Shown: positions 46,240-55,322, numbered from the stretch's first letter. The stretch: DNA of 64,000 bases from Akkermansia sp. (GCA_017409465.1 JAFQSQ010000037.1:9-64008), one strand, 5' to 3'. Notes: generated by a model from the sequence alone, not told the origin. Numbers and translations: made by a program.

Positions 46240-48483
46240 TCACTGTCGCGAGCGACCATCGTCCCATCCGCTTCGGCTCCGGCGTTTTTCCGCTTCGCGG
46301 GCGCGGATAGCTTCTGCCTCGGCAGCAGCTTTGGCAGCGGCTTCCTCCTCGGCCTGGCGAGCCTGCTCTTCCTCGCTCAGCTCAGTCAGTCCGTCGGGGC
46401 CCTTCTGCTGAGGTTTGGTCAGCGATTCCATCATGCTCGACTTGATGCTTTCGAAAAAGCTGCGGACGATGGCGGCAGCCATATGACCACCGGAGATACG
46501 CTGGTGAGGTTTGCCCTCGTAGAGTGCGGCGTAGGCATAGCGGGGTTCATCAGCGGGCATGAAGCCGGCAAACCAGGCCAGACGACAGTCATCGGACGGG
46601 CGTCCCCACTGGGCGGTACCGGTTTTGCCGGCATTGCTGACGTAGCTGAGCTGTGCCCGGCGTCCTGTGCCTCCATTGACTACGGCCTTCATCGCTTTGC
46701 GTACAACGGCCAGCGAGGCTTCCATGTCGGCCAGGTTGGTCTGTGCTGCCGTGGTGAACTGGTAGACAACGTTGCCCTCGGCATCCAGAACCTGGCGTAC
46801 CAGCTGGAGCTTGGGCAGATACTTGCCGTTGGCGATACCGGCGATGGCGTGAGCCACCTGGAGCGGAGTGGCCAGAAGGGCGCCCTGGCCTATGGACATG
46901 TTAGCGGCATCACCGGCCATGAACCCTCGACCGTAGTTGCGGTGCATCCAGGATTCGTCCGGTACATTACCCGCCTTGTCGGGCAGGGGAATGCCGGAGG
47001 TGGATCCGAAGCCGAATCGACGTGCCACATCGCAGAGACGCTGGGCGCCGATACGCGGCTCGCGGGTAGCCGCTATCTGGTACATGAAGGGGTTGTTCGA
47101 GAGCACCAGCGCAGTGACGCAGTTGATGGAACCGGCAAATTTGTTGTGGTTCTTGAATTCGTGTCCGCCGATGCGTACGCTGTAGGGGCAGTTCACATAG
47201 GTGCCCTCGGTGATGACATGGTAGCGCAGTCCGGCTGCCACGGTGATGGTTTTGAAGGTAGAGGCGGGGGGATAGACACCGGCGAATGCGCGTGATACCA
47301 GAGGGGTGTTCGGGTCATTGCGCAGTTCATCATAATCCTTCTGTGAAATGGAGGGGATGAACTTGTTGGGGTCGAAGTTCGGCGTGGAGGCCAGTACCAC
47401 GATTTCGCCGGTGTGGATGTCCACCATGACGAAAGCTCCGCGACCCAGCGTGTTGTCGCGCAGGGATTGCTCAGCGGCTTTCTGCCATTCCAGGTTGAGC
47501 GTGGTGACGATGGTGCCGCCGGGTTTGGGCTTGGTCTGGAGCTCGTCGAGTATTTTCTTGCCGCTCTCATCGAACATGAGCCGCCAGATGCCCGGCTTGC
47601 CGGTGAGTTGCTTGTTGAATTTGAGCTCAAGCCCGGCGCGACCCTCCTGGCGCTCGAAGATGGGGTCGTTGTGGTTGATGGGCCCCGTGGGCAGCTTGGC
47701 TTTGGCACCGGTGTAGCCCAGGATGTGGCAGGCAGATGTACCGGAGGTGTAGTTGCGGATATAGAGCGGTATCAGGTGGGCTTTCTCGATTTTCTTGACC
47801 TTGTCGCGCAGCGGGGCAATCTCGCGCTCGCGTACAGTGGCGCCGATTGCCAGCGGCAGCCAGCGGCGATTCTTATAGTGGTCCAACAGCTGGTCATCGC
47901 TCTTCTGGAGTATCCGGAAGCCCGCTGCCTCAAAATCTGCCATGGTCTTGCGGGCTACGGAGAGGATGTGCGCGTCGCTTTCGTCTTCGAGTTGGCCGAA
48001 GTTGATGGCCGGCTGCCAGGCGACCTCGGAGCAGGCCATGACATGGCCGTTGCGGTCAGTGATGAGACCACGGGGCCCCGGCACCGTCAGGGACATGGTG
48101 CGGGCGTTGGGGCGGGTAGAGGCATACGCGACATGCGAGGGATCGTGAACGGTGGGATCCATCACCTCTTCTGAGGATTTGAGGGGAGGGGCGGCATCCG
48201 GTTCGCTGGCTGAGTCGACCTCTACTCGCGTGGGTGAGTCGGGTGAAGCGGTATCTTCATAGGAATCAGCTTTCTGCACACCTTCATGCACTGTCGTTTT
48301 GTCTTCACCGCCCAGTTTGACGGTCTCCACGGTTCCTTCCACCTCATCAGCGGGGATGGCTTCGGCATCATCGGGCATGGCGGCCGCCGCTTCTGCGGCT
48401 GTCAGCGGGCGGGGGGTCTGAGCTTCGGCTGATAAGGCTATACCCAGTAGCAGCAAGCCGATGTAGAGAGGTCTGCGCAGCAT
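46240..48483 (-). CDS. mrdA: class B penicillin-binding protein 2
   Basis: PRGLITDRNG, HILGY, GRAGLE, YPPASTFK (SxxK), SNN (SxN), GKTGTAQ, AWFAGFMP. Confidence 0.85.
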   Translation of the reverse strand: MLRRPLYIGLLLLGIALSAEAQTPRPLTAAEAAAAMPDDAEAIPADEVEGTVETVKLGGEDKTTVHEGVQKADSYEDTASPDSPTRVEVDSASEPDAAPPLKSSEEVMDPTVHDPSHVAYASTRPNARTMSLTVPGPRGLITDRNGHVMACSEVAWQPAINFGQLEDESDAHILSVARKTMADFEAAGFRILQKSDDQLLDHYKNRRWLPLAIGATVREREIAPLRDKVKKIEKAHLIPLYIRNYTSGTSACHILGYTGAKAKLPTGPINHNDPIFERQEGRAGLELKFNKQLTGKPGIWRLMFDESGKKILDELQTKPKPGGTIVTTLNLEWQKAAEQSLRDNTLGRGAFVMVDIHTGEIVVLASTPNFDPNKFIPSISQKDYDELRNDPNTPLVSRAFAGVYPPASTFKTITVAAGLRYHVITEGTYVNCPYSVRIGGHEFKNHNKFAGSINCVTALVLSNNPFMYQIAATREPRIGAQRLCDVARRFGFGSTSGIPLPDKAGNVPDESWMHRNYGRGFMAGDAANMSIGQGALLATPLQVAHAIAGIANGKYLPKLQLVRQVLDAEGNVVYQFTTAAQTNLADMEASLAVVRKAMKAVVNGGTGRRAQLSYVSNAGKTGTAQWGRPSDDCRLAWFAGFMPADEPRYAYAALYEGKPHQRISGGHMAAAIVRSFFESIKSSMMESLTKPQQKGPDGLTELSEEEQARQAEEEAAAKAAAEAEAIRAREAEKRRSRSGWDDGRSRQ

Positions 48484-48575
48484 AACACCCGCATTCTACT
48501 CTATTTTAGGCCGCGCTGCAACATTTCATTGCGCAAGCCGTCGGATTATTTGCGGCTGAGTGGGGGGGACAGAAG

Positions 48576-49679
48576 TCAGCGTTGTTGGTGTTGTTCCATC
48601 CACTGCTGATAAATTGCAGGGTTAATTTCGCTGGGCCGGATTTCCGCGCGGTTGCTCCAGAAGACGGCGGTGTGGAGGACGGGAATGCCGCAGGCGGCGA
48701 GGTGAGAATCGATGGCGGCTTTGTGTGCCAGCACCTGCTTGCGGGTGGGAGAATGAACGACGCCCATAATCTGTGCGCCGCCGAAGACAGCTCCGCCGCT
48801 GCGCCAGTAGCAGTGGGTCATGCATATGTGGCGACCGCATTCCGCTCCGGCGCGTTCTTCCATGCCCTCCGGCACGGCCCAGTGGAAGAGCCCGGCAGCG
48901 CCTGTGCCGGCGTGGCGGTTGCGCGGGGCTGTGTGGTCCAGAAAGGTGGCAAAACGCCCGATGACTCGGCGGCTATCCAGCGCGGTGGCGATATCGCAGT
49001 AACGCTGTTCGCTCATGCCGAGGGCCGCGGCACGCCCTGCCCAGGGCGCGGGGCAGAATTCCTCCGGGCGTAAGCTTTCCTTGAGACTGAGCAACACCTG
49101 CCATTCTTCCGGGCTCAGGACGGGGTGTTGCGGTACCTGCATGATGGGTCGCTCCGGCAGCTTGTCACCCGGTTGCAGTCCGGCGCGGCGGGTATGTCCC
49201 ACGGCCAGAGCAAACATGCCTACCACGGGCAGGGGTACACAGTCCTCTGCGCCGATGGCTCGGGCGAGGATGGCGCAGTGTTCCTGCATGGTGCCGTAGC
49301 CGGTGGGCACTTTCAGCGTGGTCCAGAGGCGGTAATCGGCACCGGGCGCGGAGGGTGTCTCACTGCTGCGCAGGACGACATGCCCGGTGAAGGGATCGTT
49401 GTCCCGCAACCATGTGTAGGCGTTTTCCAGTTTTTCCTCCGGCACTTTCCAGGCGATGAGAGCGCCTTCTGCCAGGCTGGTGGAGAGAAGTGTCTGCCGT
49501 ACGCGCCGGATGGTGCCGGCCGTGAGCATAGCGCGAAGCCGCTCGATGACAACAGATGTCTCGATGCCGCTCAGTCGTGCGATTTCATCGAAAGGCCGAG
49601 CATGAAACCCGTTTATACGATCCTCTGCCACGCTGAGGATGCGGCGGTTGATGGAATCGTCGCAGGCCGTGGGTATCAT
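48576..49679 (-). CDS. tandem Lrp/AsnC-like protein resembling fused siroheme decarboxylase subunits (AhbA/AhbB, NirDL/GH)
   Basis: Two repeats with RPFDEIA / APWAGRA, IRR / IGRF, AWKVPEE / HWAVPEG, GHVVLR / THCYWR; ATG overlaps the ispE stop. Confidence 0.7.
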   Translation of the reverse strand: MIPTACDDSINRRILSVAEDRINGFHARPFDEIARLSGIETSVVIERLRAMLTAGTIRRVRQTLLSTSLAEGALIAWKVPEEKLENAYTWLRDNDPFTGHVVLRSSETPSAPGADYRLWTTLKVPTGYGTMQEHCAILARAIGAEDCVPLPVVGMFALAVGHTRRAGLQPGDKLPERPIMQVPQHPVLSPEEWQVLLSLKESLRPEEFCPAPWAGRAAALGMSEQRYCDIATALDSRRVIGRFATFLDHTAPRNRHAGTGAAGLFHWAVPEGMEERAGAECGRHICMTHCYWRSGGAVFGGAQIMGVVHSPTRKQVLAHKAAIDSHLAACGIPVLHTAVFWSNRAEIRPSEINPAIYQQWMEQHQQR

Positions 49680-50518
49680 TGGGGATTGACGGTGCCGCAG
49701 TGGGTGAAGAGATTGTCGCCGAATTCGGTACGAGCCAGTCGGGCGATGGCCTGAGCCTGCTCGGGGGTTTCGGTCAGGGCGAAGATGGTGGAGCCGGAGC
49801 CGCTCATGAGGGCAGCACGTACCCCGTCCTGCTGCAACATCCACATCTTCATCATGCCCAGAATCGGGAACTTGGCGAATACGGGGCGTTCCAGTTCGTT
49901 GACGAGAGTGATGGTATCAACCTTCTGGGCTCCGTAGTTGATGTTTCGGAAACGACGGGAGCAGGTGAGTGCCTTATAGGCTGATGGAGTGGAAACGCCG
50001 AACGGCGGTTTTATCAGCACGATGGGACTGCTCCACTCGGCCAGCTCCGGTACGGGTTTTACGATCTCTCCGCGTCCGGTGCAGCGGCTGATAACGGGGT
50101 TGAGGAAGAAGTTGACATCACTGCCCAGATTGGCGGCCATGGCCCCCAGCTCTTCCATATCGTAGTTGGTGCCGATGATTTCATTGACGGCCTTGAGGGT
50201 AATGGCGGCATCGGCGGAGCCTCCGCCCAGTCCTGCACCGTGGGGGATACGCTTGGTGAGGGTGATGCGCTGCTTAGCCTTGCGACCGTATGATTTCTCG
50301 AATTCTCGAATGGCTTTGATGACCAGGTTGCTTTCATCCGTGGGTACCCCGGGGGTGTCACACAGCAGCGTTGTGGTGCGTGAATTATGAAAATCCAGCT
50401 GGTCGCAGAGGTCAATAGGAGCCATCAGGATATCCACATTGTGGTATCCGTCCTCACGAAGCTTGCTCTGAACACGCAGGGAAAGATTGATTTTGGCCGG
50501 GGCGGTGTACGTGGTCAT
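49676..50518 (-). CDS. ispE: 4-diphosphocytidyl-2C-methyl-D-erythritol kinase
   Basis: APAKINLSL, DGYH, KRIPHGAGLGGGSADAA, GSDV, GRGE, MSGSGST. Confidence 0.95.
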   Translation of the reverse strand: MTTYTAPAKINLSLRVQSKLREDGYHNVDILMAPIDLCDQLDFHNSRTTTLLCDTPGVPTDESNLVIKAIREFEKSYGRKAKQRITLTKRIPHGAGLGGGSADAAITLKAVNEIIGTNYDMEELGAMAANLGSDVNFFLNPVISRCTGRGEIVKPVPELAEWSSPIVLIKPPFGVSTPSAYKALTCSRRFRNINYGAQKVDTITLVNELERPVFAKFPILGMMKMWMLQQDGVRAALMSGSGSTIFALTETPEQAQAIARLARTEFGDNLFTHCGTVNPQ

Positions 50519-50580
50519 GCTTGTATATTACACGATTTCCGAGGTGACGTCAATCTTGGACGTCGGCAGTATTCAGTGCC

Positions 50581-52557
50581 CTATATGAGTTCCATCCCTA
50601 CAGAGATGAAAGAATCCACAAGCGTGTCATAGAACGCGGGTTTCCGAGTTATATCGTCCTTGCTTCCTTTTGGTACAAAGATGATCATGCCCTGTCTTGC
50701 CCGAGTCAAGAGGACACGGTAGGTGTTTTTTAAATAGCGGCGTTTTTGCTCATCGTTTACTTTTTTCCATTTGTTGCCGCTAAAGTTGTAATAGCACCAG
50801 ATGTCGTGTTCCAGACGAAAATCTGCATCCCATGCGACTATCGCATAGTCTAGCTCTAAACCTTGGACTGCGAACTCTGTCGCTACATCTTCACAAGCAT
50901 AGCTTGACCGCACATCATCTGAATCATTTAAGAACCAATGTTCTTCCTTAATGGCGCTTTTTACAAATATTCCTTCGGGCTTAAGCCTCAAAGCTCCACT
51001 GCTTGCCAGTATTCCGTAACGACGAGTGCCCTTGCACTTAGAGCGAACCCATGCTTTTGCCTTGGATAAATCTCGAGTTATGACAATCGGATATTTCTCC
51101 TTGATGTGACTGAACAACATTTTTGATGTCTTCATGTCTCGGTCCAAAAAAGCTTTAACAAACCCAGCCATTTCTGGACTCCGAAATGATCGCATGGAAA
51201 CGGATAAATGGAGCCCTGTTTTCTCTAGTACACGCAGTCCTCCTACCATACTCTTCCACTCGCGGCCGTATCGATATTCGTCGTCTTGCAGCTGAGGTGT
51301 AACGTAAATATCCCAATCCGAGAACGAGCGACGCATGGAATCAAACCATTCGGGTAATCCAGCCTCTCCACTGTTGATTTCTTGCCCTCCACCTATCAAG
51401 CAAATAATTACTGCCCAATCTTGGTGGCGATTCATCGTACTAATAAGAAATTCTGGTTCGCTATAGTCAAAATTATTGACTCCTTTCTTTTGGCGCATAA
51501 ACTTCTGAATATGTTCCTTTGTCCATGCTCTTTGCGCCTCGTCAAAAATAGCAATTCTTTCAGCTGGTGGAGTATTCGAATTGCTCAGACAATCATCTCG
51601 ATATGAATGAATGATTTGAATGAAGGTCTTGGTTTTACGCAATGCTTCAGACTTGGTGCAGTAGGCACCAGATTCTTTCGCACGTGTCACTTTATCTCTT
51701 GCGAGGGCATGTTGCAAAACAGTTACCAATGGCTGATTGCCAGACAAGAAAATAGCATGCTCGCCTTTTTCCGCATTCGAATAATTGATCGCCATTTTCA
51801 ATCCAACAAGAGTTTTCCCTGCGCCTGGAACACCTGTCACAAAGCAAATTGATTTGCGACCATGCTTTTTGCTGTGGGCAATAATCTCATTGAGAGCTTC
51901 CGTGGTCACCCCCAAATTGATAGCATCGGCATCAGTTCTGGTTATTTCCTCCACTTTATGACCGTGGTACAAAGCCTGAGCTGCTTCCACAATAGTCGGA
52001 GTAGGTAAATAGGCGGATTGTGCCCATTCTTGATAATCAAATGCTGGTTCACTGTATGTCTGGACTACTTTGTGTATCGCGTCACTAATATTATCTGCAT
52101 TGCAGCGGATAGGCTCCACGATTCGATCTACCATAGAAAGAGTACATGGTTGTGCCGATGCCTTATCTGATACCATGATGCATGCTAATAGCTTATCATG
52201 GCTCTTGCGATGGAAACTACGTAAATCGAGGGCATAGTCATATATTTGATTGTATGTATTTTTCTTATATTCAGAATCCCCACACTTAAATTCTAAAAGG
52301 AATACAATATTCTGGTACAATAGCACCACATCTACACGTTTACCCATTCGAGGGATGGAGTACTCAAAAAGAATATACCCTTCCTTCAAGCACGAAAGTT
52401 GGTCTTTTAAGATTGATATTTCCCTTTCCCATGCATTTCGTTGTAGAATGTTTGTGTCAAAATGATAATCCTCCTTACAAATTTGTCCAAGTATTTCATC
52501 GGCCGATAAACTCATAAAAGAACTTAAAGAGCCTTGGTAGAATGCTCGCTTGACCAT
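50581..52557 (-). CDS. DUF2075-like (Schlafen group 3-type) SF1 helicase with an N-terminal PD-(D/E)XK-like nuclease domain
   Basis: FEYSIPRMGKRVDVV...LLEFK, QIYDYALDL, Walker A GVPGAGKT, Walker B IFDEAQR, GGGQEI, LSVSMRSFR, VQGLELD, YRVLLTRARQG; AT-rich; start 52557 (or 52593). Confidence 0.85.
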   Translation of the reverse strand: MVKRAFYQGSLSSFMSLSADEILGQICKEDYHFDTNILQRNAWEREISILKDQLSCLKEGYILFEYSIPRMGKRVDVVLLYQNIVFLLEFKCGDSEYKKNTYNQIYDYALDLRSFHRKSHDKLLACIMVSDKASAQPCTLSMVDRIVEPIRCNADNISDAIHKVVQTYSEPAFDYQEWAQSAYLPTPTIVEAAQALYHGHKVEEITRTDADAINLGVTTEALNEIIAHSKKHGRKSICFVTGVPGAGKTLVGLKMAINYSNAEKGEHAIFLSGNQPLVTVLQHALARDKVTRAKESGAYCTKSEALRKTKTFIQIIHSYRDDCLSNSNTPPAERIAIFDEAQRAWTKEHIQKFMRQKKGVNNFDYSEPEFLISTMNRHQDWAVIICLIGGGQEINSGEAGLPEWFDSMRRSFSDWDIYVTPQLQDDEYRYGREWKSMVGGLRVLEKTGLHLSVSMRSFRSPEMAGFVKAFLDRDMKTSKMLFSHIKEKYPIVITRDLSKAKAWVRSKCKGTRRYGILASSGALRLKPEGIFVKSAIKEEHWFLNDSDDVRSSYACEDVATEFAVQGLELDYAIVAWDADFRLEHDIWCYYNFSGNKWKKVNDEQKRRYLKNTYRVLLTRARQGMIIFVPKGSKDDITRKPAFYDTLVDSFISVGMELI

Positions 52558-52579
52558 AGATGTGTACAATCGATGGGTA

Positions 52580-52816
52580 TTATTGAATATCATCCATTGC
52601 CTTGATAAAGGAGACGAAATCCTCGCCCAGATTGTTTATCATTAAGCATAAGGTTAGTATGGAAACATTGCGTGTTCCTCTCTCTACTGAAGAGATGAAA
52701 CCACGGTCCACTTTGCACAATTCACTCAATGCTTGCTGCGTCAGACCTTTTTTTGTCCGTAATGCTTTTATAGCAATACCAATTCTTTCCAGTAACTCAG
52801 AATCTTCCATTCTCAT
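52580..52816 (-). CDS. XRE-family HTH regulator, R-M controller (C-protein)-like
   Basis: LLERIG.AIKALRTKKGLTQQALSELCKVDRGFISSVERGTRNVSILTL; about 78 aa. Confidence 0.85.
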   Translation of the reverse strand: MRMEDSELLERIGIAIKALRTKKGLTQQALSELCKVDRGFISSVERGTRNVSILTLCLMINNLGEDFVSFIKAMDDIQ

Positions 52817-52859
52817 AATTCTACAACACTTCCTTTTGCCTCTCCAGAAGAAAGCAGGA

Positions 52860-52878
52860 ATGTAGATTATAATCATCA
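52860..52878. promoter_or_regulatory. C-box-like operator
   Basis: ATGTAGATTATAATCATCA = TG-NN-GAT-TATA-ATC-NN-CA palindrome about 45 bp upstream of the HTH gene, overlapping a -10 hexamer; TTGACT at 52897-52892. Confidence 0.6.
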
Positions 52879-53101
52879 GGTTGCAAGATAAAGTCAACTG
52901 GGGTTCTTCTGTATAAACACGTTGGCACCATTAGCCTAGCGTTGATTTCCCCGTATTACAAGGGGGCGAATGGTTTGATAAAGAGGGGTATTCGACAATC
53001 GTCGAGCCGCAGGTATCTCTCACGGTGTGGGGAACAGCCGTGGAATTTAGAAACAATTGCTCCCACGAACAGATTTTTTGAACCTATTTTTGCCCATTTA
53101 C

Positions 53102-53488
53102 TTATTGTTCCGGCAATGAAAGATTGATCGGTCGATGGGAATTTGTCGGGCTGAAAGCCCGAGGAATTTTGAGCCCGGAGGGCGGTATAATCGTAGCGAG
53201 TGGCGGAGCTGCGACAGCAGCGGAGTCACTCGTAACGAACCAAAAGGATACGGGAGCCCCGATGTAGGTCGGGGCGGCATAAAGCGCAGCCCGAATCTAT
53301 AGCATGGCATTATGCCGCCCGCTTTCGCGGGCTCAGCATTCTCTTTGTCTTCTACGAGGCCCTGACGGGCCTCGCTACGATTATGCCGCCCATACGGGCT
53401 CAACATTCCGCTCGCTCGCGCTCGCCGACTACCCGACAAATTCTCATCGTATCGGCAGAGCAACATCCTTTAATTGCCGGAGCAATGA
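53102..53488. mobile_element. non-coding nested inverted-repeat element (REP/REPIN- or MITE-like)
   Basis: IR pairs 53102-53122/53468-53488, 53133-53150/53432-53449, 53170-53200/53371-53402 and 53254-53282/53310-53335. Confidence 0.7.
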
Positions 53489-53684
53489 TATCCGTAGTTG
53501 CCTCGTAAATAAGGTTAATGACTTGTATACATCAATACGTTAGTATTGGCAAAGAATATATGAAATCAGTGTCGATATTTGCATGGCCTCCTCAGCAGAG
53601 TAAGCACACAAAGCTGTTGTATGTGGGCTTACGCATCCGAGACGTACGCAGAATAGCTTTTTCTTGCGAGGAAAACAGCGTGTA

Positions 53685-54779
53685 TTATGTTGAGCCTATA
53701 TGCTCGAAGAAGCCGCCGCCTAGCAGGCGTTCGCCGCGCTGATGATCGGGGGCGTAGAAGGCGCACACCTGACCCAGCGCCAGCGCACGCACCGGCTCAT
53801 CGAAATCGAGACGAACCCGTCCCGGTGCAAGCGGTGTGCAGGTAGCGTGAACGGCGGCGGCGCGATAGCGGGGCTGAGCCATGACTCGCTCCGGGAGTGG
53901 GCAGAGGGTGTTGGTGACGCCGCCGACGATGGCGCTGCGGGTGTAGAGGCCGGGGGTTTCCTGTCCTTCATAGCCCAGGATGAGGCGATTGCGGGCCAGG
54001 TCTTTGCCGACAACGACGTAGGCGACCCCCTCGCGGGGAGAGGCGACGTGATGCCCTTTGCGTTGACCCATGGTGAAGAGGTGCAGCCCGTCATGGCGGC
54101 CCAGAATCCTGCCGTTGAGGTCAACGATATCTCCCGGGTTGTCCGGCAGGTAATGGCGTAGGAAATCGCTCATTTTCACCTGTCCGATGAAGCAGATACC
54201 CTGAGAATCCTTTTTGTCGGCATTGGGCAGCCCGAATCGACGAGCTATCTCGCGCACCTCAGGTTTGGTAATCTGCCCCACGGGGAATACGGCGTGGGCA
54301 ATCTGCTCCGGGCGCATCAGGGCGAGGAAATAGGATTGATCTTTGTTGACGTCAGCTCCGCGCAGGATATAGCTACCCTCATCCGCTATGTCCAGGCGCC
54401 GGGCATAGTGCCCGGTGGCTACGCCGGTAAAGCCTTGCTCCAGCGCATAGTCCAGAAGGACGCCGAACTTCATCTCGCGGTTGCAGAGGACATCCGGATT
54501 GGGGGTGGAGCCGCTGCGGTAGCCCTCGATGAGGTAGTTGACGACGCGGTTGCGGTATTGCTCGATGAGGTCAACGACGCGAAATTCGATGCCGAGTTTG
54601 CGACAGACGCCCAGGGCATCTTCAATATCACGCTCCCAGGGACACTCACCCGGGATGTGTTCATCGTTGACCCAGTTCTTCATGTAGGCTGCCACGACCT
54701 CATGTCCCTGTTCCGTGAGCAGAGCAGCAGCAGCGGCGCTGTCCACGCCACCACTCAGTGCTACCAATATACGTGCCAT
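53685..54779 (-). CDS. mnmA: tRNA 2-thiouridine(34) synthase
   Basis: ALSGGVDS, YMKNW, TPNPDVLCN, ATGHY, KDQSYFL, DSQGICFIG, GQRKG. Confidence 0.96.
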   Translation of the reverse strand: MARILVALSGGVDSAAAAALLTEQGHEVVAAYMKNWVNDEHIPGECPWERDIEDALGVCRKLGIEFRVVDLIEQYRNRVVNYLIEGYRSGSTPNPDVLCNREMKFGVLLDYALEQGFTGVATGHYARRLDIADEGSYILRGADVNKDQSYFLALMRPEQIAHAVFPVGQITKPEVREIARRFGLPNADKKDSQGICFIGQVKMSDFLRHYLPDNPGDIVDLNGRILGRHDGLHLFTMGQRKGHHVASPREGVAYVVVGKDLARNRLILGYEGQETPGLYTRSAIVGGVTNTLCPLPERVMAQPRYRAAAVHATCTPLAPGRVRLDFDEPVRALALGQVCAFYAPDHQRGERLLGGGFFEHIGST

Positions 54780-54789
54780 AGATACGAGT

Positions 54790-55242
54790 TCAGTTAGCAG
54801 GGATGTATCGGACTTCGCGTGTGTTCTCTCCTGTGTGAGTGAGAACGAGCCATTGTGTCTCAGGCGGCATCAATGCCCCATCGAAACGATCGGCCCATTC
54901 CACCAGCAGGATGTGGCCGCCGCTCAGGCATTCATCCCAGCCGATGCCCAGCGCTTCGTCCGGCGATGTCATGCGGTAGAAATCAAAGTGTACGACCGGG
55001 AGTCGTCCGTCTGTGTGCTCATGAGCCAGCGAAAAGGTCGGGCTTACCCCGGGATTCGATGCTCCCAGCCCCTCCAGAATACCCCGGACAAGGTGTGTCT
55101 TCCCGGCTCCGAGGTCTCCGACAAGTCCCAGGATATCACCGCCCTGCAACAGGTCAGCAAGTTCGCGTCCCAGATTAATCATCTCTTCTTCCGAATGGAT
55201 GACCAGAGGGTTGGGGTGAAAGTGTTGTCGGAGCTGGTGCAT
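54790..55242 (-). CDS. tsaE: tRNA threonylcarbamoyladenosine biosynthesis ATPase
   Basis: GDLGAGKT, SPTF, HFDFYR, VEWA; start placed at ATG 55242. Confidence 0.92.
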   Translation of the reverse strand: MHQLRQHFHPNPLVIHSEEEMINLGRELADLLQGGDILGLVGDLGAGKTHLVRGILEGLGASNPGVSPTFSLAHEHTDGRLPVVHFDFYRMTSPDEALGIGWDECLSGGHILLVEWADRFDGALMPPETQWLVLTHTGENTREVRYIPAN

Positions 55243-55322
55243 GGTGTGCTGGCCGGGGGTGCAGAGGCTGTTTGTCGGAAAACGCGCAGCAAGCCATTTG
55301 CCTGCTGCGCGATGAATGAAGA

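Noticed and set aside
53540..53584. 14-aa ORF MQISTLISYILCQY with GAGGAGG upstream (minus strand)
   Set aside because: SD only 2 nt from the ATG, very short, no supporting evidence; may be chance or a remnant
53098..53742. Short ORFs within and after the palindromic element
   Set aside because: No motifs and no codon bias; explained by the repeat element and AT-rich spacer DNA
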